From: Methanobacteriota archaeon
Lineage (GTDB): Archaea > Thermoplasmatota > Poseidoniia > Poseidoniales > Poseidoniaceae
Direction of reading: 5' to 3'
Length of the DNA: 64,000 nucleotides
Assembly: GCA_018650165.1 (NCBI GenBank)
Contig: JABIGM010000024.1
Span: 2,192-66,191 of the forward strand
Both the position numbers and the translations under genes were made by a program. A model generated the notes under the pieces. It saw nothing but the letters and a program-made list of their open reading frames with translations. It was not told the origin of the DNA and made no database searches. Within the stretch, counting starts at the first letter, position 1; each line of letters starts with the position of its first letter. Positions 33,552 to 43,929 of this stretch are shown one piece after another.

Positions 33552-36500
33552 TCACTTTCGCTTCTTTCCGCCAATTCGTAGATCGGTCTTTAGTGGCATT
33601 TGGTGTTCCCAGGCGAATTCTTTGACAATTCTCCAACCCTTTTCAGAACCCTCATAATCAGTAACGTCGATGACCTTATCACGTGTATTGGCTTTGAATG
33701 CTGCTACTGGTTCAGCGTTATGGAACACTAAATACGCACTGCCAAATCCGAATTTCTGCTTCAAAACATCAGCAAAGTATGGAGCAATCGGGTCGGATGG
33801 AGGAATTACAAAGTCTCGTATTGGCGGCACATTCTTTGCTTCTTCAAGCAAATCCTTACGCCCCCAGCAGACTTCATGTAAATCCTGGATTAGGAACCCC
33901 TTGATCAAAGTAGAATCATCCTCAAACTCAGTTAATATGGCCTTCAATTCCTCTGGCTGGAATGGCGTTCCTGCTAAGCGAATAAATTGTTTCAGAGTTA
34001 TTACAGGGTAATCCGATACCAGCCTACGGAGGTATTCTCTTCGTAGAATTATTCTGTCAAGCCCTTTTCTTGGAGAAACTGAACGGAATCCACCGCGGTA
34101 GTCCTGGACCATATGCCCACTCCTCAGTAGCGGCTGAATCAGTTTTCTGAACGCAGCACGCTTCATAGCATGCCGTTCCATGAATAGGTTAGGGTCGCTA
34201 TGGGATTCGAAAAATTCTAGGATATCAATTAGTTCCTCATGGGGCTCTTGCCCTCTGATTGCTAGCAAGGTAGAGAAGTGGTCATAGGAAGCCCAGACCT
34301 GATGTCCTCTCAGATTAATTCCTTGGTGTAATTGGTGAGCACTGGCCATATTTTTCAATCCAACACGGTAAACCTCAGCTCGTCCTCTAAGACCGAAATC
34401 ATCACGTACTTCTTGTACACTTTCGAGGGCCTCAATTTCATTTTCAAGTCTCGAGTTTTGGTGCAAGTGGTGGCGATTAAAGAGGGCTCTCTCTGCTATT
34501 TCTCGTGGCTGGGGGTCAACCACACCTCCACGAATCATTCGCTCGCCGGCAAGTTTGAATCCGATTTGCTCTAGCGCATTTCGCGAGTCAGCATCAAGTT
34601 CCTTAACTGGGATACCATTGAATTGCGATAGTACTGCAACATCTATGAGTTGGTCTGCATGGTTTTCAAGTAATTTTTCGAATGCTGCGCAGAACTCATC
34701 AAGATACGAATATGGAATATGCATATCCTTTATTTCGAGGTAATCATTTACCTTGAACATCAATACCTTTCCAATCGGGTCGACACCCTTGAACACAGGC
34801 AAATACCAGCCACGGTCGAGTGCAGAGCGCACCTCCCAGATGAATCTTGAAACATAAGGGTCGGACTGCGTCAGTATGCGCAGTGTTCTATCTTCACGGT
34901 TAGGTGTATGTAGAATCGCCACTTCATCTGGAATTACATAGAACGCCTCAGGTTCAGGAACGAGTGCCATTACTCGTGCAACTCTTCCATCCGTTTCCAG
35001 ATTACGTAGAGCAATAGTAAGTTCCTCAACACTTCGTGAGACATAATATCGTAAGGTGAAAGCCTTTACAGGGCCCATTCTTTGAATTACTTCAACCAAA
35101 GCATCCTCGAAACTCATTGGCTCATATACTTCATGGACTCTATGGAATAAGGACAGTCTCCTCCTTCGTCCGACCACATCTTCAAATTGCTTTACAAGAC
35201 ATAATTGCCTTTCGAGATTACTTATTGCGTTCTTTAGATCACGCTGCAAGGACTTGTAATCGTCCCCCTTAGGGAAATCTGCAAGTATCTCTTGGCGAGT
35301 CAAATTTTCACCTTTAGGAACCTTTTCAAGGACCAATTTTTCCATTTCTCCAAGCCATGGTTCTGGCTTAAGTCCTAGCAGCATAGGTAAATTCTTTTGA
35401 GTCGTATATCCAATTCTATTGTGCAATAATCTACCCATTAGAACGTCGGAATCTAGTTGCAAGTCCTTCCAATCTGCATAACTGAAATTATCTACGCGGT
35501 ACATCATTTCTTGCTGCTTTTGGAAAAGTATGTGTTGGTCAAAAGCAGTAAATCCATCCGGATATGTTTCGAACGATTTCTTCATTACCAGATTCTGTAC
35601 CCATCTGTACTCCACAACATCTTCTTCACCACCAGTGATACGATGTTCGTCCACTTTAAGAATAAATTCAGCATCATCTGTTTGAGTAAAGAAACCAACC
35701 GATATAACGTTCCTAATCTCTAACTCGTGTAGAATTGAGTCGATTTGTCCTTGAGGGAATGGTAACCTTCCAGAGATTTCTTCACCCGTGGATGGTCCTT
35801 CGCTGCCCAGCATTTCAATAATCTTAACACGTAGAGCTTCGTGAGGGTCAGAGATAGATTTTTTCTCCCACTTTGTTGGTTTTAACCCATCATATCCAAC
35901 AGCAATTTCGTATGTGACACCCTTTGTATATAGGTCTCTGACATCCTCTACCTCTTTGCCACCAGCAATGGCAATGCAGCCTAAAGTGCCGTGAATCTCC
36001 GCCATGTAGGATGAGAACCATTTATCATCTAATTCCTTCATCCCAGTTCCACGTAATTTTGTAATTTCACCGGATGCAGCTAATTCCTCAACCCAACTTT
36101 CTATTGAACCGTGGTCAATACCTGCTAGTTTGGCCTTGTATAGAGGATTCTCCCAATTTCTATCCAATCCGCCACCTTTGCTCATCAGATGCAATAATTG
36201 TGAAGAATTTGTGGGGTTTGGAACCTTGTTGGAATAATAATCTTTGAGTTGTTCATCAGTAAGTTCTGTTGCAAGACTTCTATTTCCGAGCAACCTTCTC
36301 AAAATTTCCGGGTCTATGTCCTTAACCAGGAAAGCCCTTGTTTTCATAGATAGCAGATCCTCGAAAGTACTCATGTAAAGGCTCATTCCAAGTCTAGACG
36401 GAACTGGAACCTTGGTGTGTACGATTCTGGCTGTTGAATCCTTTGTTGCCTCGAGGAATTCATTTAGTGATTTGATATCGATGTCACCAAACATTATCTC

Positions 36501-38846
36501 TGCTTTTGCCTCTTTGATTAGTAACGAGTCCTCAATCGAGCGGTGGCGCTGTAACAATGCATCTGCACGTTGTTGGAATTGTTGTGGGCTTACTTCTTCT
36601 GCTCCAATGCGCTTTGGAATTATCATAGAACGCCCTGCAACTTCTCTAAATCTCTTAGCAAATATTTGGGTGTTGACAATGTATCTCTCAATGACTTCTA
36701 AATGATTATTCGATTGGAATAATTCATACATATCCCCCGGGTCTACTTCTTGACTAGTTTTGATTAGAAGTCCATTTTCATCAAATGATAGTTCTAGAAC
36801 TGCAATACCGTCTTGCTCAGCTAATCCCGCCATAAAGTATCCAAGTGCAGTATTGAAACCTCGGCCGCGACATGAAGTGATGAGGTAAGTCGGCATCCCA
36901 CCAGATACAATTTGTTCAACAATCAGACGGTTTTTATCTGGCACTTGGAAAGAATCCAGTGTGTGCTCTTCCAAGTGTCGTGCGATGGTATTAGAAACGG
37001 CTTCACCCAATCCATAAGCATCACGAAGTATTGCCCTTGGGTCCAGATTTCTTCTAAGAGCAGTTACTGTATGGCCGATTAAATCCAGTAGTGCAGCCGA
37101 CAGTTCCCTTGAACGGCTTCGCGCTTCGCCACTCCATGATGGCACAGTTGGTCGATACCCTGTTACCGATGCAACATTTACTCGTGTTCCCTGAATGTTT
37201 GTGACCCTGTAGGTGGAACCTCCAAGCAATATAACGTCTCCACCACGTAAATTAGCTACGAATGATGATGATAATTGGCCAAGAATACTGCCCTCTGCAT
37301 TAAACACAAGATAGGAATTATCTGGTGCAATAGTTCCAATATTTGTGTAGTAAATCATTCTAGAATATCCTCTCTTCCCATAGAGATTTTCTTCCCAATC
37401 AATCCATACACGCCTTTCTTCTTGAAGCATGTCGAGAACTTCAATGAAATCATCATACTCTAAATTACGGTATGACCAGGTACTGGTAACAATTTCGAAT
37501 GCCTCGTCGATGTCACGTTCATTGATAATCACTAGTCCAATAAGGAATTGTGCTACTACATCCAAGCAATTTTGAGGGAAGTCAAGGAGGTCCATTTCTC
37601 CTGTTTGAATGGCTGCTTGGAGTGCAGCTAGTTCAATCAGGTCATCTACGCTGGATGGTAAAAACCTAGCCCGGGGTATACCTCCAACATGATGCCCTGC
37701 CCTTCCTATTCTCTGCAAGGCCGTTGCAATATCTCCAGGCGAGCCTACTTGAATCACCATGTCCACCGAACCAATGTCGATTCCCATTTCGAGTGAGGAT
37801 GAAGTTACAACTGCACGAAGATGGCCTAATTTCAATTTCCTTTCAACGTCCAAACGCATACTCTTATCCATTGAACCGTGGTGCCCAGCAACTAGTTCAC
37901 CGAGATAAGGGCGTAATTTTTGCACTAGAGTTTCAGTCATTTTTCTCGTATTTGCGAATACGAGTGTTGTCGTGTGCGCACTGATCAAGTCAGCAATCAT
38001 CTCGACATTCTGTTCGAGAACTTTCATGACTGACAAATCACTAAACTTAGGTGAACATAGTAAAATATCTAGGTCTAATTCCCTTGCACCACTAATCTTA
38101 GCAATTTTAACTTCTTGTGCCCCGTTCCGGCTTTCTCTATCATCACTAGAAACAAGATATTCCGCCACTGTCTCGAGAGGTTCCATTGTAGCAGAAATTC
38201 CAAGCCTTTGCACAGGTCTTTCAAGTATAGTATCGAGTAAAGAAATTGTAAGTGCCAAATGAACACCTCGTTTTGTAGGAACTAATGAATGCATTTCGTC
38301 AATAATAATCCACTCTACATTGGAAACGATTGGCTGGAATCTTGGCGATGAAATTGCAATTGCCATACTTTCAGGAGTAGTAATTAGGATGTGAGGTGGC
38401 TTTCTCAGCATTTTTTGGCGTTCAGATTGTGGAGTATCTCCAGTTCGAAGCCCAACACGGATTTTGCCCTGTGCCCGGTCAGGTAGATACTTATCTTCGA
38501 TTTCAGCAAGCGGCCCAATCAGATTTTTCTGAATATCATTCGCGAGTGCCTTAATTGGAGAGATATAAAGACAGTAAACTCGATTTTCAAGAGTTCCTGC
38601 AAGTGCATGCCGCACTAATTTGTCAATAATTGTTAGGAATGCGGTGAGAGTTTTTCCAGAGCCAGTTGGTGAACATAATAGTAAGTGGTCCCCGTTTTGT
38701 ATAGCTGGTATCGCTAATTTTTGGGGTTCTGTAAAGTCAGGAAATTTCTCACGAAACCAGTTCCTGACCGGTTGGCACAGTGACTCATACAATTCCTCGG
38801 AGTCGAGGGGTTTGTCCAAGTATGTGATGTTAGCCAAATATCTCAT
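33552..38846 (-). CDS. lhr: Lhr-family superfamily-2 helicase, unusually long form (1764 aa) with a large C-terminal extension
   Basis: The N-terminus FTEPQKLAIPAIQNGDHLLLCSPTGSGKTL is motif I. DEMH is motif II, followed by SAT, and QRIGRAGH is motif VI. The Lhr-type DEAD-associated region follows. About 860 aa lie beyond the core, with two similar WH plus beta modules (see findings). Confidence 0.9.
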   Translation of the reverse strand: MRYLANITYLDKPLDSEELYESLCQPVRNWFREKFPDFTEPQKLAIPAIQNGDHLLLCSPTGSGKTLTAFLTIIDKLVRHALAGTLENRVYCLYISPIKALANDIQKNLIGPLAEIEDKYLPDRAQGKIRVGLRTGDTPQSERQKMLRKPPHILITTPESMAIAISSPRFQPIVSNVEWIIIDEMHSLVPTKRGVHLALTISLLDTILERPVQRLGISATMEPLETVAEYLVSSDDRESRNGAQEVKIAKISGARELDLDILLCSPKFSDLSVMKVLEQNVEMIADLISAHTTTLVFANTRKMTETLVQKLRPYLGELVAGHHGSMDKSMRLDVERKLKLGHLRAVVTSSSLEMGIDIGSVDMVIQVGSPGDIATALQRIGRAGHHVGGIPRARFLPSSVDDLIELAALQAAIQTGEMDLLDFPQNCLDVVAQFLIGLVIINERDIDEAFEIVTSTWSYRNLEYDDFIEVLDMLQEERRVWIDWEENLYGKRGYSRMIYYTNIGTIAPDNSYLVFNAEGSILGQLSSSFVANLRGGDVILLGGSTYRVTNIQGTRVNVASVTGYRPTVPSWSGEARSRSRELSAALLDLIGHTVTALRRNLDPRAILRDAYGLGEAVSNTIARHLEEHTLDSFQVPDKNRLIVEQIVSGGMPTYLITSCRGRGFNTALGYFMAGLAEQDGIAVLELSFDENGLLIKTSQEVDPGDMYELFQSNNHLEVIERYIVNTQIFAKRFREVAGRSMIIPKRIGAEEVSPQQFQQRADALLQRHRSIEDSLLIKEAKAEIMFGDIDIKSLNEFLEATKDSTARIVHTKVPVPSRLGMSLYMSTFEDLLSMKTRAFLVKDIDPEILRRLLGNRSLATELTDEQLKDYYSNKVPNPTNSSQLLHLMSKGGGLDRNWENPLYKAKLAGIDHGSIESWVEELAASGEITKLRGTGMKELDDKWFSSYMAEIHGTLGCIAIAGGKEVEDVRDLYTKGVTYEIAVGYDGLKPTKWEKKSISDPHEALRVKIIEMLGSEGPSTGEEISGRLPFPQGQIDSILHELEIRNVISVGFFTQTDDAEFILKVDEHRITGGEEDVVEYRWVQNLVMKKSFETYPDGFTAFDQHILFQKQQEMMYRVDNFSYADWKDLQLDSDVLMGRLLHNRIGYTTQKNLPMLLGLKPEPWLGEMEKLVLEKVPKGENLTRQEILADFPKGDDYKSLQRDLKNAISNLERQLCLVKQFEDVVGRRRRLSLFHRVHEVYEPMSFEDALVEVIQRMGPVKAFTLRYYVSRSVEELTIALRNLETDGRVARVMALVPEPEAFYVIPDEVAILHTPNREDRTLRILTQSDPYVSRFIWEVRSALDRGWYLPVFKGVDPIGKVLMFKVNDYLEIKDMHIPYSYLDEFCAAFEKLLENHADQLIDVAVLSQFNGIPVKELDADSRNALEQIGFKLAGERMIRGGVVDPQPREIAERALFNRHHLHQNSRLENEIEALESVQEVRDDFGLRGRAEVYRVGLKNMASAHQLHQGINLRGHQVWASYDHFSTLLAIRGQEPHEELIDILEFFESHSDPNLFMERHAMKRAAFRKLIQPLLRSGHMVQDYRGGFRSVSPRKGLDRIILRREYLRRLVSDYPVITLKQFIRLAGTPFQPEELKAILTEFEDDSTLIKGFLIQDLHEVCWGRKDLLEEAKNVPPIRDFVIPPSDPIAPYFADVLKQKFGFGSAYLVFHNAEPVAAFKANTRDKVIDVTDYEGSEKGWRIVKEFAWEHQMPLKTDLRIGGKKRK

Positions 38847-39035
38847 CTCCGCGTTGCGTGATTGGACAGCGTGAGTAAGGAGATGATGAATGTTTTGCTA
38901 GATAGAAGAATCATATATACCGTATCTGTTTGTAATACATCAAGACAGAATTCCCGTTTTGCATTATTCGTAGGGCTGGCTTTAGAATATGCATCGTTAA
39001 TTTGGCTCGCAATCGTTTTCAGGGGAGGTGGGCTC

Positions 39036-39098
39036 ATGTACTTCCTTGGCCACGCAGGTGTATGGTGGAGTTTTCAAGCGAACGTCTTGCTAGGCTAA
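39036..39098 (+). CDS. possible 20-codon upstream ORF overlapping the glyS start (speculative)
   Basis: GGGGAGGTGGG (39022-39032) is the strongest SD match in the spacer and lies 5 nt before the ATG at 39036. The ORF reads MYFLGHAGVWWSFQANVLLG*. It runs in a different frame across the glyS ATG (39062). Confidence 0.2.
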   Translation: MYFLGHAGVWWSFQANVLLG

Positions 39099-40732
39099 CA
39101 GGCATGCTAAAGAGGCGTGGAGTAATACTTCCAGCATTCGAAATCCATGGAGGAGCGGCAGGTCTTTACGACTTTGGACCAGTTGGTGGAAGATTAAGAA
39201 ATCGTGTCAATCAAACTTGGATCAATCACTGGCAGAGTTTGGGTAATGTTGTTGAAATTTCATGCCCGACTGTAACTCCATATCCCGTTCTTGAAGCCAG
39301 TGGCCACGTTGGGGAATTTAGTGACTTCTTGACCGAATGTAAAAAGTGTGGAGAAGCGAGCAGGGCTGACCATCTAATCGAGGCGATCCACCCAAATGCT
39401 GAGTCTTTATCCAAGGATGAACTGGGCGCTCTAATTTCAGAGAACAACCCCCCTTGCCCTTCATGTGGCGAATCCGAGTGGGGGCAAATCGAAGCTCAGA
39501 ATTTGATGTTCAATACCAAAATAGGAGCAGGCTCTTCTGGACGACAAGGTTTTCTCCGCCCAGAAACAGCACAGGGAATGTTCACCTCATTTACCTCAAT
39601 TTACCGCCACTTCAGGGAACGTCTTCCGTTTGGCGCACTTCAAACTGGCAAGGGCTACCGTAATGAAATAAGTCCGCGTCAAGGAATGATACGTCTTCGA
39701 GAATTCAATATGGCCGAATTAGAATATTTCATCGACCCAGAAGTTAATACGGTCCATGATTTTTCTTTGTGGAACCAAGAAGTCACCCTAATTGCTGACA
39801 AAGAGGGTGAGATTGTTATGACTCTTGGAGATGCAGTTGAGAAAGGAATAATCCGGCATCCGACAGTTGGATATTTCATGGGTTGGACTATGGATTTCTT
39901 GCTTAATGTTGGAATTAATCCAGCGCATTTGCGCTTTAGACAACATGAGTCTAATGAAATGGCCCATTATGCGCAGGATTGCTGGGATGCAGAGATTAGG
40001 GGGTCCTATGGCTGGGTCGAATGTGTTGGAATCGCTCACAGAGGTTGCTATGATCTTACAGCCCACGAAGAAGCAACGGGTCAAAGACTCAGAGCATGGA
40101 GAACTTTTTCTGAGCCAAAAGTTGTTGAGATCAATGGCTGGACAACCGATGGGGCAAAGGCAGGTCCAGCGTTTAGAGCATTAGCCGGCCAAGTTAAATC
40201 CGCAGTTGAAGAATTGCCGCCTGAAACCAAATTCCCATTTACTCTAAGCATCGGTGAATCCGCAGTAGAGATATTGCCTGAGCATGTCAAGCGTGTCCAG
40301 AGAAGTGAGAATGTTAACGGAGAATGGTTTGTCCCACATGTCGTAGAGCCCGCATTCGGTATAGACCGAATTATTTGGCACCTACTCGACCATTCATACT
40401 CAGAGGTTGAGAAGTCGGGTGAAGATTACACACTTCTTGGTTTGCCCGAATTAATCGCACCTGTTGATGTTACAGTACTGCCCCTCTATGAGAAAGATGG
40501 AATGGATGAACTGGCACTAATAATTCATCGGGAACTTTGTGGAAAGAAAAATGTATTTTCGGTATATGATGCAAGTGGTTCTATTGGTAGAAGATACGCT
40601 AGAGCTGATGAAATCGGAGTACCTTGGTGTATTACGGTTGACCATGATTCTTTGAGTGATAATTCAGTAACACTCCGTTCTCGAGATACCGGTGAGCAAA
40701 CTCGTGTATTGATTAATGCCTTACCTTTCTAA
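39062..40732 (+). CDS. glyS: glycyl-tRNA synthetase (archaeal/eukaryal alpha2 type)
   Basis: LKRRGVILPAFEIHGGAAGLYDFGPVGGRLRN, FLRPETAQG, RNEISPRQGMIRLREF and GIDR fit the class II motifs. An inserted CKKC...CPSC zinc ribbon is present. The track start at 39002 is TTG, so the ATG at 39062 is preferred. Confidence 0.93.
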   Translation: MVEFSSERLARLTGMLKRRGVILPAFEIHGGAAGLYDFGPVGGRLRNRVNQTWINHWQSLGNVVEISCPTVTPYPVLEASGHVGEFSDFLTECKKCGEASRADHLIEAIHPNAESLSKDELGALISENNPPCPSCGESEWGQIEAQNLMFNTKIGAGSSGRQGFLRPETAQGMFTSFTSIYRHFRERLPFGALQTGKGYRNEISPRQGMIRLREFNMAELEYFIDPEVNTVHDFSLWNQEVTLIADKEGEIVMTLGDAVEKGIIRHPTVGYFMGWTMDFLLNVGINPAHLRFRQHESNEMAHYAQDCWDAEIRGSYGWVECVGIAHRGCYDLTAHEEATGQRLRAWRTFSEPKVVEINGWTTDGAKAGPAFRALAGQVKSAVEELPPETKFPFTLSIGESAVEILPEHVKRVQRSENVNGEWFVPHVVEPAFGIDRIIWHLLDHSYSEVEKSGEDYTLLGLPELIAPVDVTVLPLYEKDGMDELALIIHRELCGKKNVFSVYDASGSIGRRYARADEIGVPWCITVDHDSLSDNSVTLRSRDTGEQTRVLINALPF

Positions 40733-40775
40733 TTAGACTCAATGTTCAAATGGGGCCTAGTTAAACCTCACTCCC

Positions 40776-42284
40776 ATGGTGGTTAGTGACTGGACAGAAC
40801 GCCACCGTCCCATGAGTGAAAAACAGCTTGAGGGTAACGAAGCACAGCGTCGTAAAATTCGTAAGTGGCTAGATAACTGGCAAGATGGTGTTCCAGAGAA
40901 ACCAGGATTGCTTTTGATTGGGCCCCCGGGAGTTGGAAAAACTACTGTCGCAAGAGCAATTGCTGCTGATATGGGATGGCAAGTTATCGAACTCAATGCT
41001 AGTGATGCGCGTAACGCAGGTGCAATTAGGAAGGCTGCTACGCATGCTGCTACCCACGGCTCACTGTTCATGACACCCGGTCAAAAACCACCTAGGACAC
41101 TGATTTTGTTAGATGAAGTCGACCACCTTTCCGGCGGTCTACGTGCTGTTTCAAGCGACCGTATTTCCTCGATAGTTTCAGGTGATAATGCAAATGATAA
41201 CGCCTTATTGCGCGGTGATAGCGGTGGTAAAGCCGAATTATTGCACCTATTATCAAAAACAACTCAACCAGTAATTCTTGCCTGCAATGATGAAATGGGC
41301 TTATGGGGAAAAACATCCTCTACTTGGAGAACGGCCCGTGACAGATTTAATCGCCACTTAATCACCGTGCGGTTCGACAGAGCCTCAGATGAGGCGCTAC
41401 GGAGAATAGCTCTCCGCGTCATTAAGGAGGAAGGCTTCACTGCTGATTCTAATGCCATAGATGAAATGGTGAAGAACAACCCTGGTGATTTGCGCGCTCT
41501 AGTAAGGGACTTACAAGTAATGTGCACTCTTGTAGATTCTAATTTGACAAAAGAAATGGTTCGGCAAAATATTGATACTGGTATACGTGACACCAGTGTA
41601 GAGATTTTTCCCGGTCTCGATATTCTTTATCGCTCTAGAACAGCCTTGAGTGCCATGAAAGCGGCTCGATCTTTGGATAAGAGTCCGGATGATATGGTTG
41701 CATGGGTATCTTGGAATAATGGAGTTGTCTTCACCGAACCGCAAGCGATTAGAAGATCTTCTTCAGCTCTCAAACTTGCAGATAGGCTGCTTACAACCCG
41801 CTTCAGAAATACTGCGCACAGGTCTTGGTACTGGAGTTCAAATCTTGCCGGACTTTCTGCTAGCCTGACACCTTCCAAACCGATTGAAGGTAGAATATTT
41901 TGTACCTATCCTGGGTTTCTTCGAAGAAATTCTTCTTGGGTAAAGGCATCGATTGTAAATCGTCTTGCTGAGACATGCGGATGCTCCATTAAAGCAGTTC
42001 GAGAAGAATTGTTACCTTCGATTGTGGCAATTCACGCAGAAGGTGCTGATGATTTTTCAGTATCTATAGCGCTTGGACTATCTCCTGAGGAACATGCTGC
42101 CATTTGCGGGCTCAAGGTTAGTAATCGTTCTACTAAAGTCCTGATGGAAAAATATGCGGAGGAGTTTGAAAAAACTTTAGCACCAGTTCACCAAGAGATT
42201 ACAAATACAGTCGCTCCTGAAGTCGAAGAAAATATTGAGTCTGAGATTCCTGTGAAGGATTCGGGTCAAAAAACATTATTCTGA
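40776..42284 (+). CDS. rfcL: replication factor C large subunit
   Basis: WTERHRP...LLLIGPPGVGKTTVARAIAADMGWQVIELNASDARN is present. Walker B is LILLDEVD. A sensor region follows. Length is 502 aa. Confidence 0.88.
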   Translation: MVVSDWTERHRPMSEKQLEGNEAQRRKIRKWLDNWQDGVPEKPGLLLIGPPGVGKTTVARAIAADMGWQVIELNASDARNAGAIRKAATHAATHGSLFMTPGQKPPRTLILLDEVDHLSGGLRAVSSDRISSIVSGDNANDNALLRGDSGGKAELLHLLSKTTQPVILACNDEMGLWGKTSSTWRTARDRFNRHLITVRFDRASDEALRRIALRVIKEEGFTADSNAIDEMVKNNPGDLRALVRDLQVMCTLVDSNLTKEMVRQNIDTGIRDTSVEIFPGLDILYRSRTALSAMKAARSLDKSPDDMVAWVSWNNGVVFTEPQAIRRSSSALKLADRLLTTRFRNTAHRSWYWSSNLAGLSASLTPSKPIEGRIFCTYPGFLRRNSSWVKASIVNRLAETCGCSIKAVREELLPSIVAIHAEGADDFSVSIALGLSPEEHAAICGLKVSNRSTKVLMEKYAEEFEKTLAPVHQEITNTVAPEVEENIESEIPVKDSGQKTLF

Positions 42285-43922
42285 TTATTTCTTTTTCTCT
42301 TCTAATTTCTCTTCCATCTTTTCAAAGAGTTCACGTATTAATTTCATCGATGCTCTATCGGGAGCTTCTCTTTCCTCCCTCTTCCAAGTACGAGGGTGAA
42401 TTAATAGTAGAGCAGTCATCAATTCAAGTCGCCCAAACCACATTAGTATTGAAGTTATTAAGAGCGAGGGTGTTCCCATTGACGCCCAAGTATTTGTTGG
42501 CCCATAGTCTCCTAATGCTGGCCCGACATTTCCTAATGAAGATGCAACTACTGCAACTACAGATTCAAAATCAGAATTCGGCATCGTAATTGCCAAAAGA
42601 ATACATGAAATTGCAAATAGTCCAGTCCAAACGAACAGCATTCCTATAATCAAACTTAGTCTATCATTTTCAACAACTTCACCATTCATACGAATACTTA
42701 CAATACGGCGTGGTTGTACAATTCTTCCAATTTCTCTCCAAGCTACTTTCAATGCCAGCTTTACCCGCATCAGTTTAAGTCCTCCACTGGTAGAGCCAGC
42801 ACAAGCACCAACAATCATCAGCAAAAACAGTAAGACATGAGTTACAACTGGCCACAACATGTAATCTGTGACTGTGTACCCTGTTGATGTTCCAATAGAC
42901 ATGACTGTAAAGAGTGAATCAAAAAATCCTTCATCTACATTCCCTCCTTGCGACATCAGTGCGAAGAAAACGAATAGTGTTGTAGCGATGATGACAAGAA
43001 CGTAACTTCGACCTTCTTGGTCGGAAAATACACGATCCCATTGCCTTTCCCATGCTAGCCAAATGAGGGTAAAGTTCACACCTGCAAAGAACATGAAACA
43101 TATAATAATCGATTCGATAACAAAACTATCATAGTATCCGATAGAGGCATCATGTGTAGAAAATCCACCAGTAGGCATTGTTGTAAGACCATGATTGAAG
43201 GCATCGAAAATAGACATATCTCCGACCCCCCATAATAGCAAGATTTCAAGAATTGTCAGGATAATGTATATTGTCCACAAAGCGATTGCTGTTTGTTGTA
43301 ATTTAGGTCGAAGACGGGACAAAGAAGGTCCAGTTAATTCGGCTCGTGCAAGCGCCATACCTCCACCTAAAACCCTTGAAAGTAGCATCAGACCTAACAT
43401 GATGATTCCCATTCCACCTAGCCATTGAGTAAGTGATCTCCAGATCAGAATTCCTTTCGGCTGGGCGTTAATACAATCCGGAGTCGTTCCTGGAATACAG
43501 TTGGGGCTCATCGAATGTTCGATTACAGTTGTACCAGTAGTAGTGTACCCGGACATCGATTCAAACCACGAATTAACAAATCCACGACCGATATCCGCCA
43601 TACTTGAGCCATCGGTGAAGGGACCATGGAATACACCTCCTAGCCAGAAAGGTAAGCTTCCAATTAGCACAGCAACCGGCCATGCGAGAGCGACAGCAGC
43701 AAATGCTTCGCGGTCCCTCAACCGTTCGGTTGTATCAGATCTTACTCCAAGAGTTAGTAATGCACCTCCTATCATTCCAGAAAATAAGATAGGAAGGAAG
43801 AATGCAATTAGTGCGAGATCGATGCCATCTAACCACCAGGTAATTATGAAGCTAAACAGCAACGGAATAATCATCGCCATCATCGTCCATCCGACGATAA
43901 GTGAAAGCACGTCGCGACGCAT
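42285..43922 (-). CDS. trkH: Trk-type K+ uptake membrane subunit TrkH
   Basis: It is a polytopic protein with repeated M1-P-M2 units. Selectivity-filter-like motifs are MSGYTTTGTT, TMPTGGFS and SIGTSTGYT. Confidence 0.9.
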   Translation of the reverse strand: MRRDVLSLIVGWTMMAMIIPLLFSFIITWWLDGIDLALIAFFLPILFSGMIGGALLTLGVRSDTTERLRDREAFAAVALAWPVAVLIGSLPFWLGGVFHGPFTDGSSMADIGRGFVNSWFESMSGYTTTGTTVIEHSMSPNCIPGTTPDCINAQPKGILIWRSLTQWLGGMGIIMLGLMLLSRVLGGGMALARAELTGPSLSRLRPKLQQTAIALWTIYIILTILEILLLWGVGDMSIFDAFNHGLTTMPTGGFSTHDASIGYYDSFVIESIIICFMFFAGVNFTLIWLAWERQWDRVFSDQEGRSYVLVIIATTLFVFFALMSQGGNVDEGFFDSLFTVMSIGTSTGYTVTDYMLWPVVTHVLLFLLMIVGACAGSTSGGLKLMRVKLALKVAWREIGRIVQPRRIVSIRMNGEVVENDRLSLIIGMLFVWTGLFAISCILLAITMPNSDFESVVAVVASSLGNVGPALGDYGPTNTWASMGTPSLLITSILMWFGRLELMTALLLIHPRTWKREEREAPDRASMKLIRELFEKMEEKLEEKKK

Positions 43923-43929
43923 CTAACTA

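Noticed and set aside
38843-39098. A 64-aa minus ORF and a 78-aa plus ORF filling the Lhr-glyS divergent spacer
   Set aside because: They are mutually exclusive and would leave no room for two divergent promoters. The plus ORF starts at TTG, and its internal ATGs directly abut the AAGGAG motif with 0-nt spacing. The ATGA junction of the minus ORF with lhr is trivial because lhr begins ATGA. Only the SD-led last 20 codons of the plus frame are kept, as a low-confidence uORF.
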